Assembly (NCBI RefSeq): GCF_009914755.1
Contig: NC_060934.1
Strand: one strand, 5' to 3'
Origin: the human T2T-CHM13v2.0 reference genome, Homo sapiens
DNA: 64,000 nucleotides
In this document: one piece after another, positions 28,346-43,169 of the stretch
Layout of the letters: each line of letters begins with the position of its first letter
Position numbering within the stretch: the first letter of the stretch is position 1
Position numbers and translations under genes: made by a program
Notes under the pieces: model-generated
What the model saw: the letters and a program-made list of their open reading frames with translations, nothing else
What the model was told of the DNA's origin: nothing
The model's database searches: none

Positions 28346-28997
28346 TGTAAACCAAAAGTATCTGAGACAGGTCACAATCAATTTAGAAAGTTTATTTTGC
28401 CAAGGTTCAGGATGCGTGCCAGGGAAGTAGGCCTGTACCTTTCTCCAAACATGATTTTGAGGGCATCAATATTTAAAGGGGAAAGGGTGGATACTGGGGA
28501 AAGAGGAAGACATTTGTAAAAGATGTGGGTAGATAAGAGAGATAAATGGTTGCATTCTTTTGAGTCTTTGATCAGCCTTTGACCAAATAACAATTTACAT
28601 GTGAGAGGTGGGTAGAGAAATAGTCACTTATACATTCACCTAGTTCAGTGAATCTGCATTTTACATTAGAGGAAGCAGTCAGATAATGCATTTGTGTCAG
28701 GTGAGCAGAGGGATGACTTCCCAGTTCTGCCCCGCACCTGTGAAGATAAGCAATCAATATACATTGTCAGGGTAAAATTCAACAGAACCATTTTAGGGTA
28801 AAGACCTTAGGGCCCACAAGGAATTTCCTAGTGGGCAAAATGTGGGGAAGGTACGTAGCTTTTTTTTTTTTTTTTAATCTTTATAGCTCTCTTTTTAGAA
28901 ATAAAATGGGAGGCAGGTTTGCCTGATGCAGTTCCCAGCATGACTTTTCCCTTTGGCTTAGTGATTTTGGGGTCTTGAGATTTATTTTGCTTTCACA
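28346..28997 (-). mobile_element. MER4-family ERV1 solo LTR
   Basis: TG...CA ends and 4-bp TSD ATGT (28342-28345, 28998-29001); minus strand starts TGTGAAAGCAAAATAAATCTCAAGACCCCAAAATCACTAAGCC. Confidence 0.88.
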
Positions 28998-29511
28998 ATG
29001 TCGATGGCATTTGAGTTAGTTCCAGACTTTGACTATTATGACAAATGATGCTACAAACATTGTTGGACATGTCTTTTGTTGAGTATATGTACAAAATTCT
29101 CACTGGATTTATACCTAGGGGTATACTTACTGAATATTAGGGTACATATATTAACTTTAGTAAATAATGCCAGATTTTCCGCAATAGTTCCAGTTGCTCT
29201 ATTTCCACATTAACACTTGTTATGGTTAATCTTTTTCATTTTTGCCATTTTGGTGGGTGTGTAGTGGTATTTGTTTGTGGTTTTAACTTGAATTTCCCTG
29301 ATTATTAATGAGGTTTCCTATATTTTCATACATTGATTGGCTATCATTTGGATATTCTCTTTTGTGAAGTGCCTATTCAATTCTCTTGGCCATTTTAAAG
29401 TTGGGATTGTTTGTCTTTTTCTTATTCGTTTGCTTTATCAGCTATATATGTGGTAAATACCTTCTCCCAGTCTGTGGCTCCCATTTCAACTTTTAAAAAT
29501 GTCTTCAATAA

Positions 29512-29727
<216 letters not shown>

Positions 29728-30170
29728 TAGAAATCCTTCTATTTCCCAAAGTCATGAAGATATTCTTTTGTATAAATCTCCTAAGTTGTCACTTAAATTT
29801 TTTTTTCACATTTGGGTCTAGAACTTCTTGGAACTGATTTTTGTGTATGATGTAAGGTATAGGTCAAGTTTTGTTTTTTTCCATATGACTATTCAATTGA
29901 CCTACAACCATTATAAAAAGATAATTCTTTCCCTCATTTCTCTGCAGTGCCACCATTATCACAAATGAAGTCCCTACACATGCAAGGGTATGTTACTGGA
30001 TTCTATTTGTTTCACTGCTATTCATCTATCTTTGCTCTAATTCCACACTGCCTAGCTATTAAGATATCTAGTAAAGCAAGTTATTCCCCCTTTGTTCTTT
30101 TTCAAGACATGTTGGCTGTTCTTGGGTCTTTGCATTTTAAACTTCAGAATCAGCTTGTCAATTGCATACG

Positions 30171-30173
<3 letters not shown>

Positions 30174-30221
<48 letters not shown>
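30174..30221. repeat. (AC)24 microsatellite
   Basis: Pure dinucleotide run. Confidence 0.95.
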
Positions 30222-30223
<2 letters not shown>

Positions 30224-30288
30224 GTCAAGAATTTTTAAAAATTGAAATGGCACAAAATCCATGTATCATTTTGAGGGGAATCAACATC

Positions 30289-30593
<305 letters not shown>

Positions 30594-32844
30594 TAGAGTC
30601 TTCCAGTTCATGAACCCTGTCTATGCCTCCATTTATTGGGGTCTATAATTTTTTGTAATAATGTTTTAGTGTTTTATGTATTTTATAGTTTATATGCGTT
30701 ATGAACATATATTTTATGTTTTAATGTTTATCATTTATATACTTACACGTTTTATAAATACATCATTTTTATGTTTTATAGTTCATCATTCATAGTTTTC
30801 TGTGTAGAGGTTTTATGTCTTTCCTAGGTATTTCATGTTTTTGATGCTACTGGAAACAATGTCTTTTGAAATTTTATTTTCTTTTAGAAGTCTAATAGAT
30901 TTTTTTACTATATTCACCTTGTATGTAGTAAACTTGCTATACTCACATATTACTTTGAACAATTTATTTGTATATTCTTTCAGATTTTGTATATACTCAA
31001 TCATATCTCCTGCAAATAATGAGTTTTATTTTTTCCTTTCCAATTCTTATTCATTTTGTATCTTTTTCTTATTATTATACTTTGTAGGAGCTTCAGTACA
31101 ATGATGAATAGAAATGATAATAACAAGCATCCTTATTATTCTCAAGTTTAGGGGAAAAACTTTCAACATTTCATTACTACATTTATCGTAGATCTTTTGA
31201 TTAAATCTATCATATAAAGAAGTTCCTTTTAATCACTAGTTTGCTTTTTTAAAAAACATGAATGAATGTTGAGCTTTATTAATGCTTTTTATTAATCATC
31301 TATTTGGATAGTCATATAACTTTCAATTTTTTTATTCTGTTAATATGTTGATAATCAAATATTAAACCAGCCTTGCACTCCTGTAATAAACCCAGTTTGG
31401 TCATTCTTTGTATACATTAGAGATTTGACTAGTTTTTTTGTTTAGGAATAAAAAATGTTAAGATTCTAATTCCTTAAGTGCAAAGCTGATAAAGTGTAGA
31501 AAAAGATTTTGTGGACTTAAGGATTTCTTTGTGGTATATTTAACAATATCAGGGTTCACATAGCTACAATAAAGAAGATGAGTCTTCCAGGAAACTTTTC
31601 CAAAAGCGTTTTGAATTATTCTTGTTTCAAACCAGAGCTTACCATCTAGATTTTTTAAAATGAATACAACTGTGGTCTAGGTACAGAAGCATTAGGAAGA
31701 TGGGTTGCTATTCCTAGCTTTTGTTCACATATTAGATTCACTTTAATGCAGTAAAGCCAGCAATTGAGACAAACAATTAATAAAAATACCAATTAAATTT
31801 ATGACTATGATAGCTTCCTGAATGTAAATAACCACTTGCTAGAATGAAACTTCATTTAAACTGAAGTAAGGTTCATCCAGACCCTCAGCAGGGTGAGACC
31901 ACCTGGAAAAACTGGACTTGGGTCCAAAAACGTATGCCATGTCCTTTAAGCCTTTCCATTTGTGTCTGGATAATGAGCCTTCCCAATCTCTTATCTTCCA
32001 TACCTCTGAATAAACATAGAAGACTTACTAGGATAAACACGGAAGAAGTAACACTGAGCCATACCATGATATGAGAGCTGCCCAGGGTTATTTGACAGAT
32101 TGACTCCCTACAGTCCTCAGAAATCTGTCAGGCTTGTCAACACATAGAAATGTTCTAGATTCATTCCTTATCAAGAACAAGCAATAGACAAGTTACTCTG
32201 AGTCTCAGAGGATTTCTGAGAGGAAGATGAGTCAAGAATTAATCATCTGTGGTTTCCAAACCTTGTTCAATCATTAACTGTGAACAGCTTGGTTTTCTCT
32301 TCTTGGGGATGACTTGTACAGAGTATGGCTGGAGCAGGGTATGTTTTCTATTTCCCATGTGTTCTTATTCCAACTCTTTGGAATATCCCAATGGACAGTG
32401 ACTCCAGGAGGTATAGACGTACTCTTTTATTCATGGTATATGGCACAAATAATACATGCAGCAACAAAGATTTTCTTTGTTTTTAAAATCTGTATCTGTA
32501 AAGAAGTGCTCCTCTAATGTAAGAGGAATGAGGAAAGGAATGATTGGGCTTTCCATAGAAATTGCAATAAAATCTAAAGTATGTCTTAAAAACCAGGGCT
32601 CCAAAGCTTCAGACAGTGGGATGATGGCTAGCAGATCACATACTCCTGGTCAAGCATGGGGACGTCATGGTGCTCTTTGCAGAACAGCATGAAATGCAGC
32701 CATATTTGGTTTTGTTGAATGAACTAGGAGCAATAATACTAGCAAGAAAAATGACTAAATTACATGTGTATGAATCTTTACAAAACAGATACACACACAA
32801 CCTTTTAAAAAATAAATATTTGTTGAATGTTGAACAAACATTTA

Positions 32845-33470
<626 letters not shown>

Positions 33471-33849
33471 ATAAATCAGTTTACTGATCTTTCTTCTTAA
33501 TATTTATTTGTAAACTATCCATTCTGTTATCTGCTGTCATCCACTTGCAGACACTAAAGTTTTAAGGAAAGGACATCGAAAAAAATTAAAATAGAAAACA
33601 TTCTACTTCTTTTTAATTTTTTCTACAAGCCTGGAAAATATCACCTTAATTTTATTTTACCTGTGAAACACCTTAGACCAGTTCATAGAACCATTGTGCC
33701 CTTGGAGCACAATTTGAGACATTGTGCCTAAATGAAAGAGATAAGAAAACTGTCATCAAGCATCTCTCTCTTGTACTGCCCCATCCACCTATCTCCATCC
33801 CTGGCTTCAAGGTAACCACCACTTCTACCACAACGACCTTCACCACCAT

Positions 33850-34060
33850 TATGTTGAGTGTCACTATATGCCAAGTTCTGTGTTAATCGCTTTATTTGCA
33901 GCATCACATTTAATGGAGTAGATATTATTACCCCGTTTAGTATATGAGGAAACATTTAGGGAGATTATCATCAATAGACTTTATAAGGGCAGAGTTGAGA
34001 TTTAAATCCAGGTATGTCTAACTCTAGTGTACATTCCCTTAACTGCTACCTTGTGCTTTC
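33850..34060. mobile_element. MIR
   Basis: gtagatattattaccccgtttagtatatgaggaaac...gagatttaaatccaggtatgtctaactc. Confidence 0.65.
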
Positions 34061-34429
34061 TTCTCTATGACCCAATAAGAGTGGAAAATACCAACCTATG
34101 ATGTTATATATACCTGTCAATCAGCCCTTAGGAAAGTGTTTAAAAACCTCTCAATCATAAATCTATTATTATATCACCCAAGGGAGATCTGTGTTCTGTT
34201 ACCAGGTTTGTATACTTATAGAATATATTTTACAGAGTTAGTTTTAACAATTTTTTAAAAATGTTGATTGAAAAGCGAAAAGAGTCTATCGAGATTATTG
34301 TGGCGACAATAAAATACAACTCAAATACCATTTTTTCCACGAAGTCTTCCTTGACTCAATCTTCTCTGAACTCCCTTAGGACTTTCCCTGTGTATTCTTA
34401 GCACTTCATCTTCTGCTTGAACCCAAAAA

Positions 34430-35200
34430 AAATCTGCTAAGCTTTTTGTTGTGGGGGTTGCAGATATAGAGATCAAAGACACAGTTCCTGTTCTCAAATA
34501 GCTCATGGTAAATATGTATTATGACACCTACAGGGTACCATGGAAAAGGAAAGGCATCTAACTCTAGCCAGAAGATTCTGAGGAGGAAAAGAATAAAAGG
34601 AGAATGTGGGCCATTGGGAAGCAAGTGAGAGGGAGTGGGGATTTTGACACAAGGTCCTAATCTTGAGATTGGAGTAGACATTAGCCAGGTGATGAAAGCA
34701 TATGTGTGTGTACATTTGTGTGTGTGCGCACACACATACACATGCCTGTGTCTTCCAGGCAGAAGGAAGTAGCAAGATGATAAGGAGAGGAGCTTGGTCC
34801 ATTCTGGGAATTTTAAGCACATAATTCGGTAAAGCTGGTGTGCAGGGTGGGTGGCAGGGAGTGGCACAAGATGAAGTTGGAAAGATATGCATGAGTGATT
34901 TGGTAAGGAATTTGGATTTATCCTAAAGGGAATTGAGAGTTATTGGAAGATTTTAATATCTTTAAAAAGATCTTTCTAGCAGCAGTGTAGAGAATTGATG
35001 GGCATGAGAAATGGGATGGTATAGGAAAAGTGGAAGAAAAACCCAGAAGTCAGGAAACCAGTCAGGAGGCTATTGCAGGCAGGCAGGCTGGACCTGAGCT
35101 CGAACAGCAGCAGTGATGTTGAAGAGGAGTGAGAGACAGGACATATGCAGGCAAATAAAGTGGAGAAATGAAGAAAATCAAATAGTAACCTCAATTTTTC
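34430..35200 (-). mobile_element. L2 fragment
   Basis: ggtaaggaatttggatttatcctaaagggaattgagagttattggaagattttaa; ggaaaccagtcaggaggctattgcag. Confidence 0.65.
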
Positions 35201-35329
35201 AGATAAAAAAATTAAACTTATTTACCTTGTTATGTTATCCCTGAAAGGATGCACATTTCTCCACCTTTTTCAGAAGTTGTACTACAGGTATACAGCACAG
35301 TTTGCAGAATTAATAAAATCAGGATTCAT

Positions 35330-35425
35330 TTTTAAACTTTTATTTTACTTTAATTGACAAATAATAATTGTATATATTTACGGGGTACAATGTGATGTTT
35401 TGATACATGTATGCATTGTGGAATA
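35330..35425 (-). mobile_element. L1MA 3' terminal fragment
   Basis: taattgacaaataataattgtatatatttacggggtacaatgtgatgttttgatacatgtat. Confidence 0.8.
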
Positions 35426-38400
35426 AAAATTAGTATTCTTTGTATACCACCCAACATATATCTATTTCCTGCTGTAATATCTGACTTGTTTTCCTTAGGC
35501 TGAAGTTATGGTTGGTTTCCACAAACTTAATTTACTTTCACTCTATTTCCTGGCTACACAGACTAAAAATTATACTACCTCTCACAGAAGATTTGGGTAA
35601 GGGGGAGAAAAGACAAAGCTGTTAAAACCCATCCCATTGTGAACAAAGGCACCACTTTCAAAGATGGCCAATATCATCATCTGGAAAGGAACCACATGTT
35701 TCCTGTATGTTTCTACTCTGGTAAAAGTAATCTTCCTTGGTCCAATGACAGAACAATACAAAGCAATGATAAGAAATAATTAGAAAACATACAGCTGAAC
35801 GGTTTATATTAGATTTGAGGAACAGTTTTCCCCTTAGAGAAGCTGTTACACAAGGTATCAGTTGCATCAAAAATATTCTTCCCTGGAGACTGCTACAGCA
35901 TCACTTCCTCTTCTTATTTTGGGATGCTCACTTTCTGAATTACTGATTAAATAATTAATCAATTCATTCTGAAATTCACCCATTCAAAACATTTATTGAG
36001 CACCAACTCTATGCATCCAGTGTTAATAAAGACAGGGACATGAGTTCCAGAAGATGACAGTACAAGTAAGCAAAATAACTTGGAGTATGCCCTGCAATGG
36101 CAAGAGGTGGTTGATGAGAGTAGCCTAAAACCCTGGGCTTGAAAGGGTTCGATTAGGATAATGTGGGAGGCCTGTGAAGAGGAAAGAAAGGTCACTGGAA
36201 AAAAAAAAACAAAAACTTCTGTGTGCTAGTTTTTCCCAGAGCTGGCTCTGGTTTAATCAATGTGATAAATACTGGTGTCCATTTGTAAACTCCTAAAGAA
36301 TATATTTATTTTTCCGTCTACAGCACCTAATACATCTTCCATCATATTATCATAATGGTTATTTCTATAGAGAATTTTACCCGTAACTTCATTTAACACT
36401 CTGGTGGGAAGTGGTAATTTCAGGTGTACCAAAATGACCCCACCTGGAATTGTAGGAACTAACTCAGAGCCAGGGAAAGATCACTTTTCTCTTCACAATT
36501 TATAGATGAGAAAACTGAATTGAACCCCCCAAAGTCAATACAGCTCGTTAGTTTTTAGTGATAGGGTCAGTAAATAACTCAGATGCTCTGACTCAGGCCT
36601 ATCCCTTGCTGCAGCCATATTTCCAAGAGAATGAATGACTTGGAGAAAAATGTTGTAAACATCAATGAGTGTCACTTTTATTCACCAAAACTTGTATTCA
36701 AACAAAAATTCCAAAGACTTCCCAATTTTCCTCAATTTAAACTGACAACCCATGATTATCTCATGTTTAGTACAGATTTAAGCAACCTCACCTTCACAGT
36801 TTGTGACCACAGCCCATTTCATCCCCAATTGACTCCATACAGCAAAAAAACTCAACAAAGACAAGATTTGGAATGAAAAAAAAAAAAAAAACAACAAATA
36901 AGTAAGGTCTGTGGCTTTATGGCTTTACTCATTCAAAATTTCACCTACTGTGAAATGGCTTATCTAAGTTACAAGGTATAATCAAGTTTAACCTGATCAT
37001 TATAATATTCCACCAGTGCTAAGAAAGTACACATGTATCTGTAATGCATGCTTATACCTGTATTAAACACAAAATCTTGAACTTCCATAATCCTTTTAAC
37101 TCAAATGTATCAAAAGGCCTTAAGAACATGACGAATACATTTCTCATTAAGAAAGAAATCATGACTTTGTCAGAATTTAGCCCAAATTAAGCGTGCCCAG
37201 GATTCTTGGTGTTTGAGCTGATGCTGAGGCCTTAAAACCCAGGTCAAATCTGCAGAATAACTTTAGTATGGAGTAAACAAGCCTAGTAATCAGTAATTTG
37301 TTATGAAAAACATCATTTTGGAACACTAGTTTTTGTTCTGCTTAAGGGCAAGAAACATGTAGTAAATATAGCCCCCTTCCCTCCCTTCCTTCCCTACTGC
37401 CCCTACCTCCTCAATTCTTCCCTCTCCTCCTGCACAATTCTTGGCAGAAAATATTTGAACACTCAAGACAACTGACTTCAGTTATGAACACAGTAGTCCA
37501 AGAAAGCTTCCTGTAATCTCAGTTTGAGCAGTTATTGATTGGAAGTTGAGGGGTTTCTAAGACTTGCCTTGAGAACTGTTAGTTAGTATGCAAATGTTTA
37601 ATTTCAGCTTCATAAGTATTCTCATTAGTCCATGTAATTCTTACCTGTAGTGGTTCAAACCTGTGATTACATGCTATTTTTCACCCATCAAAATCAAGTC
37701 ACTATAGGTACTGGCTTACTGCATCTAGTGCTTGATATGTCTGAATTTCTCTTTCTCACATTTGATTTGGGGACTTAATCCCATTCTGAGCACGAAGGAA
37801 TTTTATCTAGATTGAGGGGAGCAATAAAACTGATTCTTCTCAACTATAAAAATGAAAAGTATTCATAGACATATTGGTGGGCAAATGTGGTTGATTGATT
37901 CATTCCAAAAACTAGTGACTGAAAATAAACTGCTATCCTTGCAGACAATTACTGAAATAAAACACAGTCAGCTTTACATCTCTTCAAAACCTGTGGGAAA
38001 CAGCTCTGAGTGAAAATAATATATACTGGTAAAACTGCTTTTTTAAATAAGAGAGACATCTTGCAAAAGATTCAAACTCATTCTTTTCAGGGCAACTTAA
38101 TTACACAAGCTTTATGCTAATTATTGTTACATTAAAGATTTGGCAGCTTTACAAAAATCCTAAACTTGTACATGCAGGTTTAAAATCTCTATTTTAATTC
38201 TCCAGAGTTAGACTAGGAAAGCATTTCAGACAATGCCAACCTGTAGTAATGCTTGCTTTTTTTTTTTTTTTTAACCTATCGGTACCTCATAGTTTCATAG
38301 GAATTTGCTTAACAAATCTGGACGTAATTAGTTGCCTGGCCTCCAAAACCCAAACCTGTATTCTTTGGTATCATGGGATGCTGTTTGCCAAATGACAGGC

Positions 38401-38981
38401 CTCCAAAAGCCTGACCATCCTAAAGACCATCTTTGCTGGTGGGTGTTATTCCTGTGCTTAGTATGAATTCCCTTCACACCAGACCTTCAGCAACAGAGGT
38501 GTGTTTTCAATATCCAGCATTCATAAAAGGGTGTAGATTCATGTCATACCAGAGCAGAAGAAAGGGAGTAAACAGTAAAATGGAGATATATTAAGCCATC
38601 ATTCCCATGTAGTAGGGAGTGTTAGAAAACAATTGTTTAAATCACCCTTCTCTTGATTAAAATAATAATAATAAAAGAAAGGTTTCAAAGTGGCTGTAAG
38701 AAGAGGACAAGTTGACTCAGAGGTAGGTACTTAAATCAAGTGAAAAATAGCTTAGATAATGTGCTTGATAGATGATATAACAACCAGAGTGGAACATAAG
38801 GGGAAACTTTGTGGGGTGGGACAGTTTGGAAAGGTTTGAATTAAAGGTTTACATTGTTGAAGGAAAAGTATTATCTGTCTTAATCTTGTGCTAATAAAGT
38901 CTAAATAGCTGGGTGAAATCTTAGAGGACTATGTCAGAGCGAATGATTTTTTATTCTATACTTCTTTTCCAAGATCCTATT

Positions 38982-39035
38982 TCTGTAAGAAAGACATATT
39001 TTTAGTATCTGTAAGAAAGACATATTTTTAGTATC
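38982..39035. repeat. Perfect 26-bp tandem duplication
   Basis: tctgtaagaaagacatatttttagta twice. Confidence 0.95.
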
Positions 39036-40895
39036 AAAAAGTAATAATATCACTTGCCAGTTGAGGATCACCAGCATCATCATTAAACTTTATACATTAT
39101 ATGTGGGTAGCCACAGATGTGTCATGGAGGTGGAGAGCTGAGTGATGTTGCTGTCACTGACAAGTGGTATAATTTAGACACAGTATGGGGGACATGAGCA
39201 CTCGACACAATCTTGCAGGTGGAAGGGAGAGGATCCATGAAGAGGTGTCTTTGCTCAAGCCACCTTGCCCGTCTTTGATCATGCCTCTCCACCTGGTCCT
39301 CACGGGGGCTTCAGAAGTTCTGGTCAGGGGCTCTGCATTCAGCAGGTTTGACGCTGCTCCTAAAGGTTGATGGTGTTAATGTAATGTTACTTTGCCTTTG
39401 GGAGTGGAGACGTAGTGTTTTCTCCTGATTGGTAGAGTGGTGGGAAAGGGATTAAACTTCAATCTAGCTCTCAGCTCCTGACGTGAGCCAGAAAATTTCT
39501 GGTTAGGCTAAATTCACAGATTTTCTCTACTATACTTATCATCAAAGTTTGCCAAGAGGTGGAAGAGCAGAAGCACGAAGATCAGTAGTATCCTAGAATA
39601 TGGTCTCTTAATTCCCTATTTTCCTGGCACCTTTAAACACCCTTGCTCCCCCATCTAAAAAATACCACCAAGAAGAAACCTTTTATACCCTCAAGACTGA
39701 AACAGGAATGAGAGGCAAGGGTAGAAAACTGAGATGACTTGTTTGTCGGCACTTTAAACAGATTTCAATACTGTGAAATTATCTTGGGGGTTGTTTCCTC
39801 AAACTTCAAGGTGTTTAAAGATGATTAAAAGACATGTTCTCTTGCTTAAGGATTTGCTGACATGTAATGCTTTTTTTTTCCTCCAAATAAATGCAGGAGT
39901 GACATTTAATAAAGAGTCTGAGAAGAACATGGCCCTGAGCAGTACTTTTATTCCCATTACCTTTTAAGAATCTAACTCCTATGCCACTATCCCTCCCCCT
40001 CCACCCACTTGCCCTACCTTCTCCCTCACCATTATTAATCTAACCTGAATCACTCTATTCTTCTCCAAGGGAACACACCCAGTAACAGCAGTGAATCATA
40101 GACACTATTGCCTCTCTAGTCTCTAATGGATTTGACAAAATGCCAGATCTGGGAGAATAAAAGGACAGGAAATTCAGGTGAAGGGAGCTTTTTAGGTTCT
40201 TGTTTAGTACATTGTCCTGAATATTAGTTATTAGATACATTTTCTAGCTGCCTGGTGATGGAAAGGTTTCATTGTGCTAATAATACTGATCCTCTCCGTA
40301 TCTCCGTGTTCTAAGTAACCATCCTACTCAGTGAGGCAATCGCTCCGGCATGCCTAACAGCTATGTCAAGGGCCCTTTTCTCTTGAAGTTGATAATAAAA
40401 CCCTCTCTTGCATATCTTGGCTAAAGAATATGAAATAGTTAAATCATAAAGGTCAATGTTTGGTAACAAAGTCTCTACAAGTGCAGCCATTACACATTAT
40501 GGAATTCCATGTGAGATCGTTAAGGTAATAGAGAAAAAAATAGAAATATTTGTCAATTATTCTCAAAGAGAAATTTATGAAATTACACAGCACTAAAACA
40601 TCACTTTACCATGGATGGGTCTATAAGATGCGACTTGAATTCATGGCAAGAGAAACTCATAGAAGAGTTTTTGAAGGGCATTTTCAACTTATGTACAAAT
40701 GTCATAAGAAGTGTTGAAAGTCAGTTAAGAGAATTTGGCAGATTTTCTTGTGTTATAAATTTGTATTAAATTTAGTTTGTTTAATTTGTCCTAATGGACA
40801 TCATAAATCAACAGAATCATGTGGATTTTACACAATTCCTCACCCAAGTGGATTTTAATCCTAGTTTCAGAAGCGTATATTTTTATCTTTGTTTC

Positions 40896-41195
40896 TTTTT
40901 TTTTTTTTTTTTAGAAGGAGTCTCTGTCGCCCAGGCTGGAGCGCAACGGTGTGATCTCGGCTCACTGCAATCTCCGAATCTCCGCCTCCCAGGTTCAAGC
41001 GATTCTCCTGCCTGAGTCTCCCAAGTAGCTGAGACTACAGACGCCCACCACCACGCCCAGCTAATTTTTGTATTTTTAGTAGAGACAGGATTTCACCATA
41101 TTGGCCAGGCTGGTCTTGAACTCCTGACCTTGTGATCAGCCCGCCTCGGCCTCCCAAAGTGCTGGGATTACAGGCGTGAGCCACTGCACCCGGCC
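40896..41195 (-). mobile_element. AluS
   Basis: Full length, poly-T tail, small internal duplication atctccgaatctccg. Confidence 0.93.
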
Positions 41196-42699
41196 TATGT
41201 ATTCGTTTCTTTTAAAAAAAAACCTATGGATACTAGTTATGTCTACATGACACAAAAATTTTTGTCAATACAGAAAAGTCTATGGTAATATAATTTAAGT
41301 TAGCTTGAGACTATTGTTAAGATTAAAAAATAATACTAAAGCTGAGAATTTAAAAATTAAAATGAACATTTTAATTATGGCTAAAAAGTACGTGTGTTTG
41401 TGCTTTTTTGTATAGGTAGAGAGAGAGACTGAGAGACTATTTACTATTCTTTTCTTGCCATTAGACAAGAATAAGAATAAAAAAAATTTTTTTGTAAAAC
41501 CTCATAAAGATTTTAGGTCTATATCATCATCCCACCAACAATAATTACAGACAAGAACGAAGCATTTTACCACTCCCTGATGAGTAACAAAGTAGCCAAC
41601 AGTAGCCTTGGGTATTGAAGAAATTTTAAAACACAAGGAAAGCCTGACTTAAGTTGATATTAATTACTATTATTATTGGAGTCTACTGCTTAAATTGTTC
41701 TCTATGGCAGGGTAAGGAGTCTTTGCTTCCTGGCTCACTGGGCCAGTATTTTTTCCTGCCTGAAAAGTTTCATACGAAACATACAATGTCCTGTGTCAGA
41801 AACACCAAAGTCTTCACAGGCTAATAGATTTGAAGTCACTTAAGACATTGAAATGTACGCTATGCTTTATCTAAAGGTACAATTAAAAGTATGGGGGCTA
41901 TATTCCAGATCTCTGACATGAAGCCGAGAGGAAACTGGATTTCCAGTTTGTTATGTGAAAAGGTTAAGTAAAATACAAACTTCTGTACAGGGAGATAATT
42001 CAGTTCTAATAATGCATGAAAGCCAGAGATGTAGATCAACAAATGCACATTTCTGAAATACGGGTTTTTCTGAGTATATGTTCTGAAGTTCTTTGAAAAT
42101 CTGGCCAAACAATCCCATTTTAAGATACCAGTTCACATAATAAGCAAGTCAGAACATTTGCAAGGCAAAATGTTGTTTTCCTTTCTGCAGCCAGGAAAAA
42201 CACAGCTCTAAGCTTAGGTTGTAACGGTAAAAGGATTTGGGAGCTGCTGATTTTAGAGACTCATAAAAACAACTCGCCCTTATGCCGGGAGGTATAAAGA
42301 ATATGCAGAGTCTGCACTGTGCTTCTAGTGTCAGGACAAATCATTCTGCTTTTTCTTTGAGATTAACTGATGCCAATGGATGAGTAAAGGGAGAAATAAA
42401 TGTACAGACTGAGACCTGCAGCTTGGTGAGGTGAGTAACACCTTTATCACAAAATCATGAGTTCTCTCTTCCCCTTTGTAAATTCCTTGGGGTTAACTTA
42501 TGTAATTTTAAAAAATTTTAGGAGTGAAATATGTATTATTAATCATATGTGAGGCTCTACATTTTCTGCTATTTATGGTTTATATTGTGTGGGATCTTAC
42601 AGATCACAGCATCTTTTTAAAATATATGTGCTTTTTTGGGGGGTGGGAGATAAATCAAGGGGTGAAACTGAAGGTGATACATTCCCTTAAATCCATTAG

Positions 42700-42930
42700 G
42701 GAATGGTGAATACACTTGCATATATAAAATAACTACTGAGTGCTTCCTAGATACCTAGCTCTGTTCCAGCTGCCTCTCACCAGTTCTCATTTAATTCTCC
42801 AATCCCATATTAAGAGGTGAAGAAACTGAGGCACAGAATCACCTCATTAAGAAGCACATAAAGTATGGTGCCAGGATTTGAACCTAGACAATTTGACTGT
42901 AACGTGTACGCCCCTAATCATTCCCTTAGG
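42700..42930. mobile_element. MIR
   Basis: gaagaaactgaggcacaga...ccaggatttgaacctagacaatttgact. Confidence 0.7.
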
Positions 42931-43169
42931 TAGTCCTCAGGTTCTGTAATTATTATACCTGACTGCTTAAGACTCAGGTAACTCCCTTTTGGCCACTTCT
43001 AAGCCACTACTGTCAGATGTTATTAATAGTAAAGAGACGATATCAATGTTTAAAATGGCCATTCAATAAGAGGACTGAAAACACTGGCCCCTGGAAATTC
43101 CCAACTTCCACGTGACTCAGAAGTTACTCAACTCTTTCACTAAACCCAGTGCTCCACCCAATGTAGCTA

